64,000 bases of DNA from Eledone cirrhosa (Eukaryota). The stretch lies in the NCBI GenBank assembly GCA_964016885.1, contig OZ024744.1, positions 72,540,001 to 72,604,000 on the forward strand. Reading direction: 5' to 3'. The notes under the pieces are model-generated. The model was given only the letters and a program-made list of their open reading frames with translations. It was not told the DNA's origin and did no database searches. The translations under genes were made by a program, and so were the position numbers. The first letter of the stretch is position 1. Each line of letters opens with the position of its first letter. Shown here one piece after another: positions 25,991 through 39,716 of the stretch.

Positions 25991-26609
25991 TAGTGAGCTG
26001 GGCTCTTTTGAAATAAAATGTTCATACTAGTTCTAGAAGACAAAAAAAAAAAAATCTTGTGACATTTGTTAGCACCTCTCATAGAAATAGTGAAGTTATA
26101 TCAAGAAATTAACACTATTGATATCAACCTGCCCATGACTGCCTCCAATGATTTTATCTTGGAATACTGCTTATCCAAGGATGTGCAGTTTGCTCTGCCT
26201 TCCCCTTTTTTCATTATTTAGTCTTTTTCTCTTGTCCTAACTATGAGTAAGGCTTGGAGCAGCCCACTAGCTAGACCTCCCTCATAATGTAACCACCCAG
26301 ATCCCAAATCACAGCAAGTCCCGATGTTGTGCATGGTATGGCATGGCCATCTGGCCAGACTTCCAGTAACATGGTTCCACTATGTGTAGGGCTTGGCACG
26401 GCCAACAGGCCATACATCCCTCAGTGAGACCACCTGGCTACCAAATTATGGTTCCACTATGAGCAGGGTATGGCACGGCCAACTATACTTGTCCCTCTTC
26501 ATAACACTACCATCAAGTTTCACACTGTATATGTGGTTGTGGCTCCCAAACTATGGTTCCACTGTGAGCAGGGTATGGCATGGCCAACTGGCCTGTCCTG
26601 CCTCATAAT

Positions 26610-26800
26610 GGTGCCATCCAGTACACACTGTAAATGTGGTTGGTATTAGGAAGAGTAACCAGCTGTAAAAATCCGCCCAAATTTACAGCGCTGTCTGAAC
26701 AAGGGACGGCACGGTCAACTGGTCAGACTTGCTTCATGACATGGATGATTCATCTAACCCATTCAAGCATGGAAAATGGATGTTAAACAGTGATGATGAT
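26610..26800 (+). mobile_element. SINE/non-autonomous fragment with RTE-type 3' tail
   Basis: CACACTGTAAATGTGGTTGG...AACCCATTCAAGCATGGAAAATGGATGTTAAACAGTGATGATG. Confidence 0.65.
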
Positions 26801-26814
26801 AAATATGTAAAAGA

Positions 26815-28320
26815 TGTGAGGTGTTCAGTATTGCAAGGCAATGTGTCAGGGAAAATTGTGATGTTGTTGGAGAGAAATGCGTCTGTGATGATACTGGAGT
26901 ACTTGCCCTCACTGACACTAAAAAGAAGGTAGCCTGGAAGTGCCACTATGAAAGACTACTAAATGAGGAGAAGGCATGGAAAAAAGATAGTTTGTCCCAA
27001 GTTGACCCAATAGAGGGACAGGCTGTGCACTTAAGCAGTAGTATAGTAAGGCAGTCAAGGATATGAAGACAGGCAAAGCAGCTGGACCTTCAGAGATAGT
27101 TGTTACTGGGATGGGGGAGGGGGTCACACCATGGCTGCCAGTATTGTAAACCAAGTAATACAAAACAGTGTCATACCCAATGACTGGCATAGAATCATCA
27201 TCATCACCTGCTGCAAGGGCAAAAGAAAGGCTCAAGTTTGGATTTGTGTCAGGTAAAAATACTACAGATACTCTCTTCCTTCTGAGGCAACTGCAGAACT
27301 ACCTAGCCAAATATAAACCACTCTACTTGGCTTTTGTTGACCTGGAGAAAGAGAGTTCCCCGTTCCATTGTCTGTTAGGCACTTAGGAAACTAGGAGTAG
27401 ATGAGTGGCTTGTGAAGGCAGTATAAGCCATGTATAGAGGAACTGTCAGCAAGGTTACATTTAACAATGACTATAGTGAAGAATTTAGCCTGCAGGTTGG
27501 TGTCGATCAGGGCTCCCTCAATTAGCCCACTCCTGTTTATTATCATCCTACAGGCTATAACTGAAGATTTTAAGACTGGCTGCCTGTTGGAACTTCTGTA
27601 AGCAGACAGTCTAGCCCTTATAGCTGAAACTATGGCAGAATTAGTAAAGAAATTCTAAACCTGGAAGCATGGCCTAGAATCAAAAGGTCTTAAAGTCAAA
27701 TTGACAAAGACTAAATACTTAGTAAGAAAGGAAAACAGGGTTCAGTTCCCCTCAGGGAAATGGCCTTACTCAGTGTGCAGGAAAGGAGTAGATAAAAATT
27801 CCATCCTTGCCCCAAATACATGCTATGAGTGCACAAGAGATGTGGGATCACAGCCAGGCTATCAAAGAACATAAGTTTTATATATGGTTGATGCACAACA
27901 GTAAGTAACAAACGTCCATAGGATACTAGTGCCTTCAAATGCTCTGAGGGCTCTGTAGAAATAGTTGAGTTTCTGCTACCTGGGTGATCAAATTAATAGT
28001 GGTAGTGAGACCAAGGCACTGTGTGCAGAGGACCTGTGAAAATTGGAAAGAAATGAAGCCTGCATGTTCCGATGGATGTATTGTAATATACATGAATGGC
28101 AAAGTGTAAATCAACTGAGAGAGAGAAACTGGGCATAAGAGGGATCAGAAGCGGTGTGCAAGAGAGGAGAGTGCATAGGTATGACCACGTGTTGCATATG
28201 AAGGATGCCAGCTGTATAAAAAGGTGCAGGGCGATCAAAGTTGATGGAAACTATGGAGTAGGAAGACCTAGGATAAGGTGATAAAAACTAATCTTGCACA
28301 ATTACACCTCTCAAAGCTGG
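26815..28320 (+). mobile_element. Old degenerate RTE copy related to family A (with decayed PHD insert)
   Basis: Remnants FSIARQCVREN, KVAWKCHYERLLNEE, FGFVSGK, LAFVDLEK, GKWPYSVCRKG, VHKRC, GRPR. Confidence 0.85.
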
Positions 28321-29187
28321 AATGGCTATTCCAGCACACCTCCCTCACCATCCTCTGGGGAAATGCCTTCTGTATTCAGTCAGTATGGGCCCCCATTTGC
28401 TCATGATAGTGAGAGATGGAGAGAGCGGGAGATACGGAGGCAATGACAGTAGGAGTTTGGCTCCTTTGTGATCAGGCCTGGTGTATATGTATATATTTAT
28501 TTACTGAACTTCCACAACAATAACAATGGCTATTGATATGCCGTTAATATAACACCACCACCAGTGATTCAATACTATCTGTTTTAAAGGTGCCAGCTGA
28601 GCAAAGAAGGAGGCTTACAAAGCTTGACTTGGAAATAAGTCTTCCTCCATGCACTTGAGTTACTCTTGTGGTAGAAGAGAAGTTACACATCTAGCTAGCT
28701 TTTGTTGTGGAGAACGCAAAAAATTGACGATGGTTGGTGGTATGTGGTATGGGAGAAGAACTGCCCTTCCATACAAACATGGTGAAAAGAACCTTAAAAT
28801 GGTGGTAAACTGGAGGCAGGGAGGTATATCGACATTTGGGTCTCCTGTCCAAATTGTCTCTCTTTTATCCACACCTATTTGATTTCTTATTTCCTTCATT
28901 CTTAATCACTCCCTTATATTTATTGCACAATACTTCCCAATTAATCTGAGTCTGTATCTCATCTTTCATAATATGGAACACTGTTTTTCTTATATTCCAT
29001 CATCTAATGTTCCTCAAAGTTTGTTTATGTCTTCTAGACACTTCCTTATCATATTTACACCAGTTACTTGTATTTACTAACTAAATATGCATGTCTACCA
29101 TTGATGATATACTTCACACATTGAGCATAATATACCTAATGCCAGATTTGTGCTACCTCTACAAAAAGTCAACAAAAACAAGCATTT

Positions 29188-29400
29188 TAAGCCTTTAGCA
29201 CTTACATTACTCTATATATATACTATTATATTTTCATAGTAAAGGTTTACCTTATATAATTATCTCAAATAATATCAAATCTATGAGATTTTGATATTAT
29301 TTATTTTGAGAACAATGCCTTAACATAAGTATGAGCAGCCAGTTATGGCCAGTTTGAACAGAAATAGGTGAGAACATTCTGGCTGGATATGGTCAGTTAA
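29188..29400. mobile_element. TTAA-flanked (piggyBac-like) MITE
   Basis: Homologous to 36772-36989. Confidence 0.6.
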
Positions 29401-30792
29401 GTCTATTTTCATTGCTAAATTATGAGTTACCCTAGCTTCTCCATTTTGTCATATTTTCTATATCCTCATTCACCAAAGCTATGGCATTCATTTCCTTCTC
29501 CATCATCTTTAGCCTCTTTTTTGGGAGGGTGGGGTGGTGGGGGTCTACCTCTTCTCTTCTACTTACTTCCATCACTTCATCCTTCTTCAACACATGACCA
29601 AACTATCCTATTCTATTTCTCTTCATGGCATTCATTGCTGGTTCTATCATCATCTGCTATTCATTGTTTGTCTTCCTCTCTCTCTGAACATTTCTCTGCT
29701 CATCCGCTGGACCATTCTCATTTCCCTTCTTTCCATACTTCTCTAAAAAGAGCCAAGAAATCATTTTGCAGTCAAACCATGAACGTCTTATTTACTTGAG
29801 CAAAACCATTATACAATTACTACACATATCAAGTAAACTAAAACTATCACCCACAAATATTTCACATAGACTTGGCTTTGAAAAGTTAAAAACATGATGT
29901 TGTTGATCATGTTGTTTAACCTCAGGTCAGCCCTGATCAAACATACCTATGGTCAATGTCATTCCAGCTATGGCCATCTTGCATTATTTCTATGTGCATG
30001 GAAAGCAGAGTTACCTGTGCCCTATTCTAAGAATGTGGTGTATGATTCAAAAGAGATTTGACAACTGCTCTTAACATATTAAACGGCCATATAAGTAATA
30101 TTGACATTTTATGACATAGTCCAGCAAGAGGACAATGCTCATGATCCTTTCAGGACCTCCAAGAATGGTAGGAGTGAGAGAAGGTATCTTCAAACCAGGG
30201 ACCTGGCCTGAAAGCTTTCAACTGACTTTATTTTGCTAATGTCCCCTAAGGGCTAGCCAACCTGTGTTGTTTAACTGGCCAACAGATTAAGACAGCCACT
30301 CAAGTAAGCTACAGTGGGATTTCACTGCAGAGCAACATAGTTTTAGAACAGATACTGCAATACAGTCCATCCAATGTGCCAAGGATTCTTCCATTCTACC
30401 TTCCTAGACTGATTCTTTATTTACCAATCCTGAAGGATGTCAAAGTTAATATTGGCCACATTTGAACCCAGAACTCAAGGAGCCATGATCATCATCATTT
30501 TCACATTCAATTTCTGTGCTTGCAAGATGACAAATTAAGTCATTAGAATGCTGGATTAAAAATTCCTTGGTATTTATTCATCCTCATTGCACTCTGTGTT
30601 CAAATCTCGCTGAGCTCAACTTTGCCCTTCAACCCTTTGAGGTCAATATATAAAGTCCCATTCTAATACTGGAAGAAATGGACTGTGTTCCAGCCTGGAG
30701 AGGGATGGACTGTACAAGGTTTTAAATGCCCAAGATACACACAAGTGCCCTGCAACTATAGCAGGAGTTAAGTGCCCACTCTCTCTCTATGC

Positions 30793-30922
30793 CAGTCATG
30801 GGCAAACTGTAGCCTCTGAGCCGCATGCAGCTTGTTTGGCTTTCTGAATGGCACGCCTAATTTGAAAATTATTTTGAATTTTTTATTGCGGCCCACTGCT
30901 TAAAAAAGGTTGCCCATGCCTG
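30793..30922. mobile_element. hAT/Charlie-like MITE
   Basis: TIRs CAGTCATGGGCAA and TTGCCCATGCCTG; 8-bp TSD CTCTATGC/GTCTATGC. Confidence 0.8.
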
Positions 30923-31099
30923 GTCTATGCTCATGTCTTAGACGAGTCATTCTAGTACAGCATTCCTTTGTCATCTCCTTTAAGATGATCAGCTGTCTCC
31001 ACAGCTTCCTTCAAACTTGAAACACTCCTATTGCTACATCTCATTCCTCTTATGCCTAGTTTTTCTCTCAACTTATTCATGCTCACTAATATTACACAA

Positions 31100-31440
31100 C
31101 CTTCTTCTTTGTCCATTTATTCCTGGGAGGGTTGTGGGGGCAGAGTCCTCAAACACTCCCTCCAGAGGGCCCTGTCAAAAGCAACTGTCTCCAACTGATC
31201 TGGCTGGATCCCTCAGTGTGACCAGCCAAGCTCATGGATTTTATCCAACCATCTTGTTTGGAGTCTACCCTTGAGTCTCTTACCAGTTGGTTTTGCTCAT
31301 AAAATTTGTCCAGTGATTCTTTCCTGAGACATTCTAACCACATGCCCATAGTATTGGAGCTGTGATCTCTCAGTTTAGAGAAGTAGCTGTTCTACATGGG
31401 AGGTAAATACCACAAGTTATTTTCTCCAATACTCTGATTG
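31100..31440 (-). mobile_element. RTE (Expander-like) 3' fragment
   Basis: Homologous to 34850-35088 (GAGGACTCTGCCCCCA..CCCAGG..AAAGAAGAAG). Confidence 0.6.
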
Positions 31441-31825
31441 AATAATGAGTGCTGGAAAAAGATATGTATTGATATTGGGTGACATAGCAAGAAATGGTCA
31501 TGCTTTTCCAGTTAGATAAAAAATAGAAATGAATTGGCAGTTCATATGCAGTAGACTTGAATCTTATCCATTCAGTGACAGAAATTGTACCTATTCTAAA
31601 CTAGGATGCACTCATCAAATTGAAGGAAAGGTTGTTTAAATAAGTATCAGTAATCTGATAGAATTAATTCAATTAACCATATAAGCCCCTCCACCAACAT
31701 GACCACCACCTACTACACATATTAGTCTTGCATCAGTGTTTGAGTCTCATTGTTGGTGCTTGAGCAGTTAAAAATCGCAGCTAAATATCTTCCATAACAC
31801 ACCCTACCATTTAAATGTATAATAA

Positions 31826-32172
31826 TGGAGGCACATGGCTTAGTGGTTAGAGCATTGGCCTTGCAATCGAAAGGTTGTGAGTTCAATTATCAGACCGGGT
31901 GATGTGTTGTTTCCTTGAGCAAGGCACTTTATTTCACATTGATCCAGTTTACTCAGCTGTAGAAATGAGATGATAGGGACTGAGGTCCATATCATTCCAC
32001 TGCAAAGTGGTCGTGGAGGTGCCACGGCAAAAAAGCACCCAGCACTCACTGTAAATGAGGTTGGTGTTAGGAAGGGCATCCAGCTGTAGAAATCAAGCCA
32101 GAATCAGTTCCCGTCCCACCCTTGCAAGCAGGGAAAGGTGGACGTAAAATGAAATGATGATGATGAATGATG
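31826..32172 (+). mobile_element. Apparently complete tRNA-head / Meta-core / RTE-tail SINE
   Basis: A box TGGCTTAGTGG, B box GAGTTCAATT, core TTCCTTGAGCAAGGCACTTTATTTCAC, then AGGAAGGGCATCCAGCTGTAGAAA and CCCTTGCAAGCAGGGAAAGGTGGACGTAAAATG-(ATG)n. Confidence 0.75.
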
Positions 32173-33239
32173 AATAAAGGACACATTGGATAATAAAATC
32201 CTAGGAAAAAAATTGTATAGGCAATTTTGAATTCTTTTGATCAAAGGTCTGCTTAGTGCTAAACTGGAGCTAAACAATAACAACAATATTGGCCCTGTAC
32301 TTAGTAAAAAGGACTCTATATTTGTACAAGGCCCTCTTTGGTCACGACTACCACTCCAATGTATGTGCCGAGTGTTTTGTGGAAAACCATGTATGCAAGT
32401 CTTCCTTCTTCATTACACTGATGTTATCCAATAGAAAGGCAAATTCCAATACAGCTTGGAACCTGTGTCATCATGACTCTTTTTTTCCAGCTGAGTGGAC
32501 AAGAGCAAGTTGAAATAAACTTTGTTGTTCAAATACATAAAGCACTGCTCAATTCAAGAATCAAACTCACAACCATACGTTGTAAGCCCAGCACACTAAG
32601 CTCTATGTTACATGCCTTCAACATCTATCTAGCCCATTGCTAACCTGAAAACATTGAATGGCTGTAACGTTAACTAAACACACATACCCCCCCCCCCCCC
32701 CCCCACACACACATATATATCAATCTTTTTGTTCATTGCATATTACATTAGGAAACTTGTCTAACTACAAAGGCATAGATAAATAAGATATGCTAAGTAA
32801 AAATAAGTAAAAATCATAAAGAAATATCTCCTCCCCCTAAAGGCTGTCTTGAGGCAGTCACTCTTGAAGATTGATTGGCAGTTGAGAGATGATAATCTCA
32901 ACTGAAGATTGAACATTAAAGTGAGTTGGAAATTCTTCAAGACTTAAGGAAGACTTGAAGTAGAAACTTTTCGAATTAAACAAAAAGAAAAAAAAAAAAA
33001 AGATGTCTGTATGTGTGTAAAGGGGGGGAGAGGGAGGCATGCAACTTGATCATGCATGGGCTTTGTGACCTGCCTGGCCCTTTTTGTTTTTGATATTATC
33101 AAGAATCTATGCCAAAGATGTAAGAATATATATGTATGTGTAAGTCTCAGTCTCTCTCTCTCTCAAGAGAGAGGGTGTGTGTGTGTATATATACACACAC
33201 ACACACACACAGATGCACTTATATATATATATGTATAAA

Positions 33240-33309
33240 TATTCCGATGATTTGATCAGAGACACACACTGTATTTAAGGTCGAGTGATCAATGAAACAA
33301 TTGTTAATA
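33240..33309 (+). ncRNA. Degenerate hammerhead ribozyme (Penelope-type, family D)
   Basis: TATT-CCGATGA-T-TTGATCA...TGATCAA-T-GAAA-CAATTG-TT-AATA; core has a U-to-C change; palindromic stem III. Confidence 0.5.
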
Positions 33310-34109
33310 CTGTAAATAAAACCATTTTTGTACAGCCGACCATGTTATTCTTCGCTCTTTCACTATCTATAAATATATATATATATGCCCACTCTGCATC
33401 ATACCATGTACTGAGTACATTGTTTTGTGGTTCTCCTGGTCATAGTACCACAGACACTAAATATATATGTATATATATACAAATATAAATATATTACACA
33501 AAGAGAAGTGTGTTACACAGTGAGATGTGTGTAAAGAATTTTTACCGTTACTGTATAGAGAACAATATCTACAGGTTTAGCAATTAAATAGAAAAAAACT
33601 AAGTCAGATTCAAATCTCTGAAGTAGAGTTTTAAATTACCAACCTTATAACTATAAGTTTGCTGATATGAATCAAGTTCGTTTCATCACAGAAATGTGCA
33701 GTATAACAGTCCACAGGATCCTCAGTCAGCAAATGTGGATGCTGTTCACGACACATCTAACCTCATGGATAGAGAGATAGATACACGCTGCCCAGAGTAG
33801 GGCGAAATCACGTGTTATTTGCATCAAATAACGGCTCTCATGGATTGGGGAAAATGCTAGAGAAAGCAGCCCAACCATTCGAATTTATTAGCTCAACAAT
33901 TTGGAGCTCGTTAAGTATACGGGGATCGGAATTAAGATATATATATATATGTGAGATGTATGGCATTATGCAGTAATACAGGAGACCTGCCTTCCCATGT
34001 GCACTGGTTAAAGCATACATCTTATATGCATTACCTTCCACTCCTCCTTCACCAGGTAAGTTCCCCACCTTACCAATCCCCACATACCTCCCTCACCCCA
34101 GTCCACACA

Positions 34110-34367
34110 GGAAGCGGTCGTTTTGGTGCCACGACAAAAAGTGCCCAGTTCACATTGTAAAGCTGTTGTGTAGGTGTTACGACAAAAAGCACCCAGTCGA
34201 TATTGTAAATGTGGTTGACATTAGGAAGGACATCCAACCATAGAAAAGAAGCCAGAAACAGTTCTGTATGAGCAAGATATGGTCATCTGATCTTGCTTGT
34301 CTCTCATGGGGACAACTTGTCTAACCCATGCTAGCATGGAAAAATTGACATTAAACAGTGATGATGT
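34110..34367 (+). mobile_element. SINE fragment with RTE-type tail
   Basis: TTAGGAAGGACATCCAACC...AACCCATGCTAGCATGGAAAAATTGACATTAAACAGTGATGATG. Confidence 0.65.
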
Positions 34368-34372
34368 GTATA

Positions 34373-34417
<45 letters not shown>

Positions 34418-34849
34418 ATTTGTGAAGTGGTTGGTGATGGGAAGGGTCTTCAGCCGTAGAGGGTTTGCCAAATAAAGGGTCAAGAGGACTCTTCAGTCGT
34501 GGCAAGGACATGACAGCCTCCCTAATATTGGTGATCTACACAATTAATGCACCAAGTTCACGCTGTAAAGTGATAGGAAGAGCATACAGACATAGAAAGC
34601 TTTTCAGACAAAGGTCAGAGGACCCTTCAATCATACCAAGGACATGACAACCTGACTAGTGTTGGTGATCTACACGGTAAACATGGAGTGATCTACCTCA
34701 AGGGAGTGTTCTTCGTTTATTGAGATTGACCATAATTTAACGGTTATATCAAGAGATTTTTTTTTCAAAATAGAACCATAGGTTAAATTTTAACCGATGG
34801 TTCTATTTTTACAAATTCTGTAAGTCAAATGCACTTTGTAATCCTCACC

Positions 34850-35088
34850 ATTTCGTTTCGGGAAAGAATTGCTGGACAGATTTTATGGGCAAAATCAACT
34901 GGCAGCAAACCCTGGGCTATATCCCAAGCAATATGGTTGGATGACACCCATGAACTCAGCTACTCTCATTTGGGAATTCAGCCAGATCAATTGGAGATGG
35001 TTGCTTCTGACAGGACCTGCTGGAAGGAGTATTTGAGGACTCTGCCCCCATGACCATCCCAGGCATAGGTTGGGGAAAGAAGAAGAAC
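34850..35088 (+). mobile_element. RTE (Expander-like) 3' fragment with (GAA)n tail
   Basis: ERIAGQILWAK...WLDDTHELSYSHLGI..LEMVASDRTCWKEYLRTLPP. Confidence 0.6.
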
Positions 35089-35492
35089 TCTTGAAGGTAG
35101 TGCCCCATTATGGCCACTGTTCACTTTGATAGAAAGTTGTAAAAAAGTTAAAGCATATATGTTATATTGGTGCTGATTCATAAGACTGACTAAGCTGATT
35201 TTATTTACTGTAGTGGAGTGAAAGATTGAAGTGCCAGAGGGGCACTGAAATACCTGAAAGACTGAGGTTTCAGCCATGAACTAATATGACCCGGCTTCAA
35301 TCTACTCATAACAGCCTTATTTCTATATTAGATATCAATATTGGTAATCACATGGTTAGGCACTATCATGTGGGCACTCAAGTATGCATATGTAATTATG
35401 TGTATATATATATATATACACAATTTGGAATATCCTTAAGTATTTTAGTAAAAGTACTGAAATACTTTTGATGAAAATATCCAAGTGACATA

Positions 35493-35540
<48 letters not shown>

Positions 35541-35999
35541 TACATACAAGTACACAAGTATATACACTCATATTCTTTCATACACACATTCTTTCTCTCA
35601 TGCACACACTTTCTCACTCACACACATTCTCCATCTCTCTCTCATACTCCCACACGCAGATATTGACATACACTTATACATAAATATATACCATTTTAGT
35701 CAAAATATTTTTTTTACCAATTTATTTTTCTTGTTTGCTATGGTATTCATTGGTATTTGATTATTTATGGCTATAAATGTATGTATAACATTGACTGCAT
35801 TCTTTAGTGGATTGCTATGGATGTTCATGGTAATCAATTTCACAGAATATCTCTAATAACTGCTTGACTTTCCTGCTAAATAAACAAAACCACTGACCCA
35901 TTCTTGCTCCATTCTGTCCGCTTCTAGAAAATGGTATTTCATTAAAAAGCATCCTGCTGATTGTCACTGTGGATTGTAAACTCACTTTTCTTCTCTCTC

Positions 36000-36061
<62 letters not shown>

Positions 36062-36771
36062 TCCCCCTTTCTGACTCTGTCTCTCTTACTTTCTCATTCT
36101 CCCTCTCTCTCTGTCTCTCACACTTTCTCCTTCTCCCTCTCTCTGTTTCTCTCTCTCACTGTCTCACCCCACCCCTCTCCCTGTTTCTCTCTCACTTTCT
36201 CCTTTCCTCTCTCTGTCTTGTAATATATTTTCTTAAAGTTAGGAATTAGGTTTTGTTGTGTTTCACCATCTTTAGAGAGTAGAGCCTTTATGCAGTTGCT
36301 CACCCAATCACCTAGCTAGAAATAACAGCAATATTTCATCAAATCACATCCAATCATTTTTTTCTTTTTTTCATTTTTTAAATGGAGATACTGGCTGGTG
36401 TATTCTTAGATATACAAACATACAGCATGTGCTCATGGCTGAAATACTTTTGAACATGGGTCTGCTCGATTAAAGCTGACCTGAAACTAAACATCACCAT
36501 CATCATCATCATCATCATGTCAGATTGTGAACATGAATGTGATGGGCATTGGTAGAAATATGACTTTGCAATATTGGCATTGGTTTAGATCTTCCATTGT
36601 TGCTGCTGGTATTCTTGTTCAGCTCCAGGTCAGTCCTGATCAGCTGATAATCAAGGAAGCTTGAAGAAAATATGATAATGATGATACCCAAACTGTGATC
36701 ATCCTGTCTCACATGTATCTTATTTACTAAGTATTTCCTCGCAAAAATAAATATATATTAGATATTGTATT

Positions 36772-37746
36772 TAACCCTTTAGCATGTACATTACTCTATA
36801 TTTACTATTGTATTTTCACGGTAAATACTTCATTTCACATAATCATCTCACATAATATCAAATATATGAGATTTTGATATAATTTATTTTAAGAATAATA
36901 CCGTAACATCAGTATGAGCAGCCAGTTTGTACAGAAAGAGGTGAGAGAATTCTGGCTGGATAGGGCTGGTTTAAATGCTAAAGGTTTAACCCTTTCATTA
37001 CTATATTTTTAATGAAAACTACTGCCTTTCAAAACTAATTGGCACACCAACTTTTCTGTGTATCCATCAGCCAGGTTGAAATTTTCTGTTTAGACTAATC
37101 CTAACATTAAAAAAAATATATTTTTGTGTAAAACTGCTCTGTCTCTTTGGAGGTCTCTGTCAGTGTGATCCCTTTTCTCTCTCACTTTCTCTTGTACCTC
37201 AAGAATACTTCTAGCACTTTGGCTCTGTTATTTTCACCCAACACATATCTCCAGCTTGAACCCTTTCATTGAAATTATATTTCTAATGAATGACATTGCT
37301 TATGATTTTCCAATAATTTTGAAAATAATCAAGAATTTGGAGGGATTTACTAGTATAACTTTATCATTATTAAATTGGTTTTTGTATCATAGAAGGAAGG
37401 GTGGTTTGGCATTAAGAGGGTTAAGATTTGAAGGAGATATTTCACTTCTAAGATTATTTGATACAATATGGTGATGTTTGTTAAGTTTCTAAGCATTCTT
37501 CTTTTGTACATATTTAACTCTTTTATTACTATACTTCTTGTGAAAAATACTGCATATGATTCTCAAATAATTTTTTTTAAATAACAAAGAATTTGAAGAG
37601 ATTTAGGAATATGTCTAATTTCATTATTAAACTGGTTTATAGAACAAAGTTTTTTTTTTACATAGAATTACAATGGAAGGTTTTTAGATAAATATAAACA
37701 CTTTAAAGCAAGCAGTTTCCGGTGATTTGATATCAAAAGGGGTTAA
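36772..37746. mobile_element. Cluster of TTAA-flanked MITEs (TTAACCCTT...AAGGGTTAA type)
   Basis: 36772-36989 reads TTAACCCTTTAGCAT...ATGCTAAAGGTTTAA; similar ends at ~37257-37424 and ~37514-37746. Confidence 0.55.
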
Positions 37747-39716
37747 GTGATAGTAGTGCTTATATCTATATATCGAATGTAGTAAAGTATATATATATAA
37801 GAATAATATTTAAGTGTTATTTAATATTTTATTATCAGCAAAGTTAACCCTGTCACAAACTCCAAAGGTTGTTGTTTAGTCCAGGATCAGGTCAGCCATT
37901 GTTGAGTAAACCAAGGATCAAATATTTTCCAGCAATGAGTATCCCTTCTTTACGTATGTTTCATCTGCTTATTATATGAACTAATGTTCAGAGCACTAGT
38001 TTTATTGATCTCTAAGGGTTCCAACCAAAGGAACGTCAACAGGGATGCTTGACCTGCTAGAAATAACAATGAAATCATAAAATCATGTTCTACTATCTTA
38101 ACCTTAATGTCATTCTGTTTTTTTTTTATCATTTTTTTTTCATTTTAATTTTTTTTTGTTTATTTGATCTCTAAGAGTTCGAACCAAAGGAACCTTGATC
38201 TGCTAGAAATAATAACCATATCTTAATCAGGTTCTTCTATTTTAACCCTAGTGTCATTATTCTGTTTTTTTTTTGTTTATTTATTTCCTCTTGACCAGCA
38301 TTAATTTGGTTGGTCTACAGAATGGTATGGTACTATTTTTCCCAATACCGCAGTATGTTATCTGTAAGGACAAACACTGATCTACTTCTACCATGAATTT
38401 TTTTTATATTGTAAAACCCAAGCCAAATTTACCGTCCTCTCTAAGCAAGGTACAGTGTGGTCAATCCTGGCCAGACTTGTCTCTCGACACGGACAACCCA
38501 TCTGACCCATGCAAGCATGGAAAAATGGACATTAAATGGTGATGATGATGATGCAAGTTAATCGTGAGAGGAAGTGTTGTGTCCAAAACTATGTAGGGCA
38601 ATGTATATAGAAAAATCATGAGTAAAATCAGGTTTCTGGACTGAATGCTTGCAATAATAGAGTGAATGTTGCTGAAAACATCCAATTATAAGGGGTGGTG
38701 GTATTTTTGTTTAGACTGTGTTCAACCCTGGTTAAAAAACACCAAATTAACAGAGTCAGTAGACCATTTAATAAAAATGCTTTGCAGTATTTGTTCCAGC
38801 TCTTTGCACTCAGAGTTCAAATTCTGCTGAAGTCAACTTTGCCTTTTAGCATTTGAATAATATACAAGTCCTGCACTGAGGTCAATTCTCTCTCTCTCTC
38901 TCTTCTCTCTTCTCTCTCTTCTCTCTCTCTTCTCTCTCTCTTCTCTCTCTCTTCTCTCTCTCTTCTCTCTCTCTTCTCTCTCTCTCTAACTCTCTCTCTC
39001 TTTCTCTCTCTCTCTAACTCTCTCTCTCTCTCTAACTCTCTCTCTCTTTCTCTCTCTCTCAGAATTTCCTGTGTTCTGACCTGGAGGAAGATGAGCTCTG
39101 CCAGATTTAAATTCCCTAGACAAGCTATACATCAGTTCTGTCCCCACGACTTGATAAAATGGGGGTGGAACTTGGATCAAGCAGACCCATAATCAAAGCA
39201 TACCAGTAATGACCATCTTGTCTTTTTAGGGCTGTCTAGGATTACATTATTAATTGTATTCTTTATGTATTGTGATTTGAGGGTGATTTGGCAGCTATTT
39301 AAGGAGGGTTCCTTTGTCAAAGTGGTTTCGGTAGTAGCTCTGAAGTTTTGAATCTTCAAAAAGGAAGGTGGAATTTGTACTGAAATTGGTGACAACTTTC
39401 CATGCTTGAAATACAGAAGATTCATTTGGTCTAATTGATTCATGCCAAGAAGAAATTTTCCAACCTTCTAGACTAGATGCCATTGTGATGCTAGAGTTAG
39501 AAATTAAGATATGTATATGAAATGTATACTGTGTATATATATTTTCTATAAGTACATAAATGTATATATATCCATATATATATATATATATATCCATATA
39601 TATATATATATATATATATCCATATATATATATATATATATATATATGGATATATATATATATATATACATGGATATATATATACATGGATATATATACA
39701 TGGCCATGTATATACA

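Noticed and set aside
35200-35280. Possible second exon after TTTTATTTACTGTAG
   Set aside because: Weak donor, in-frame stop soon after, and no recognisable protein.
35800-35835. Possible 22-nt micro-exon (TTCTTTAG|TGGATTGCTATGGATGTTCATG|GTAATC)
   Set aside because: Such splice-like motifs arise by chance; no homology or transcript support.
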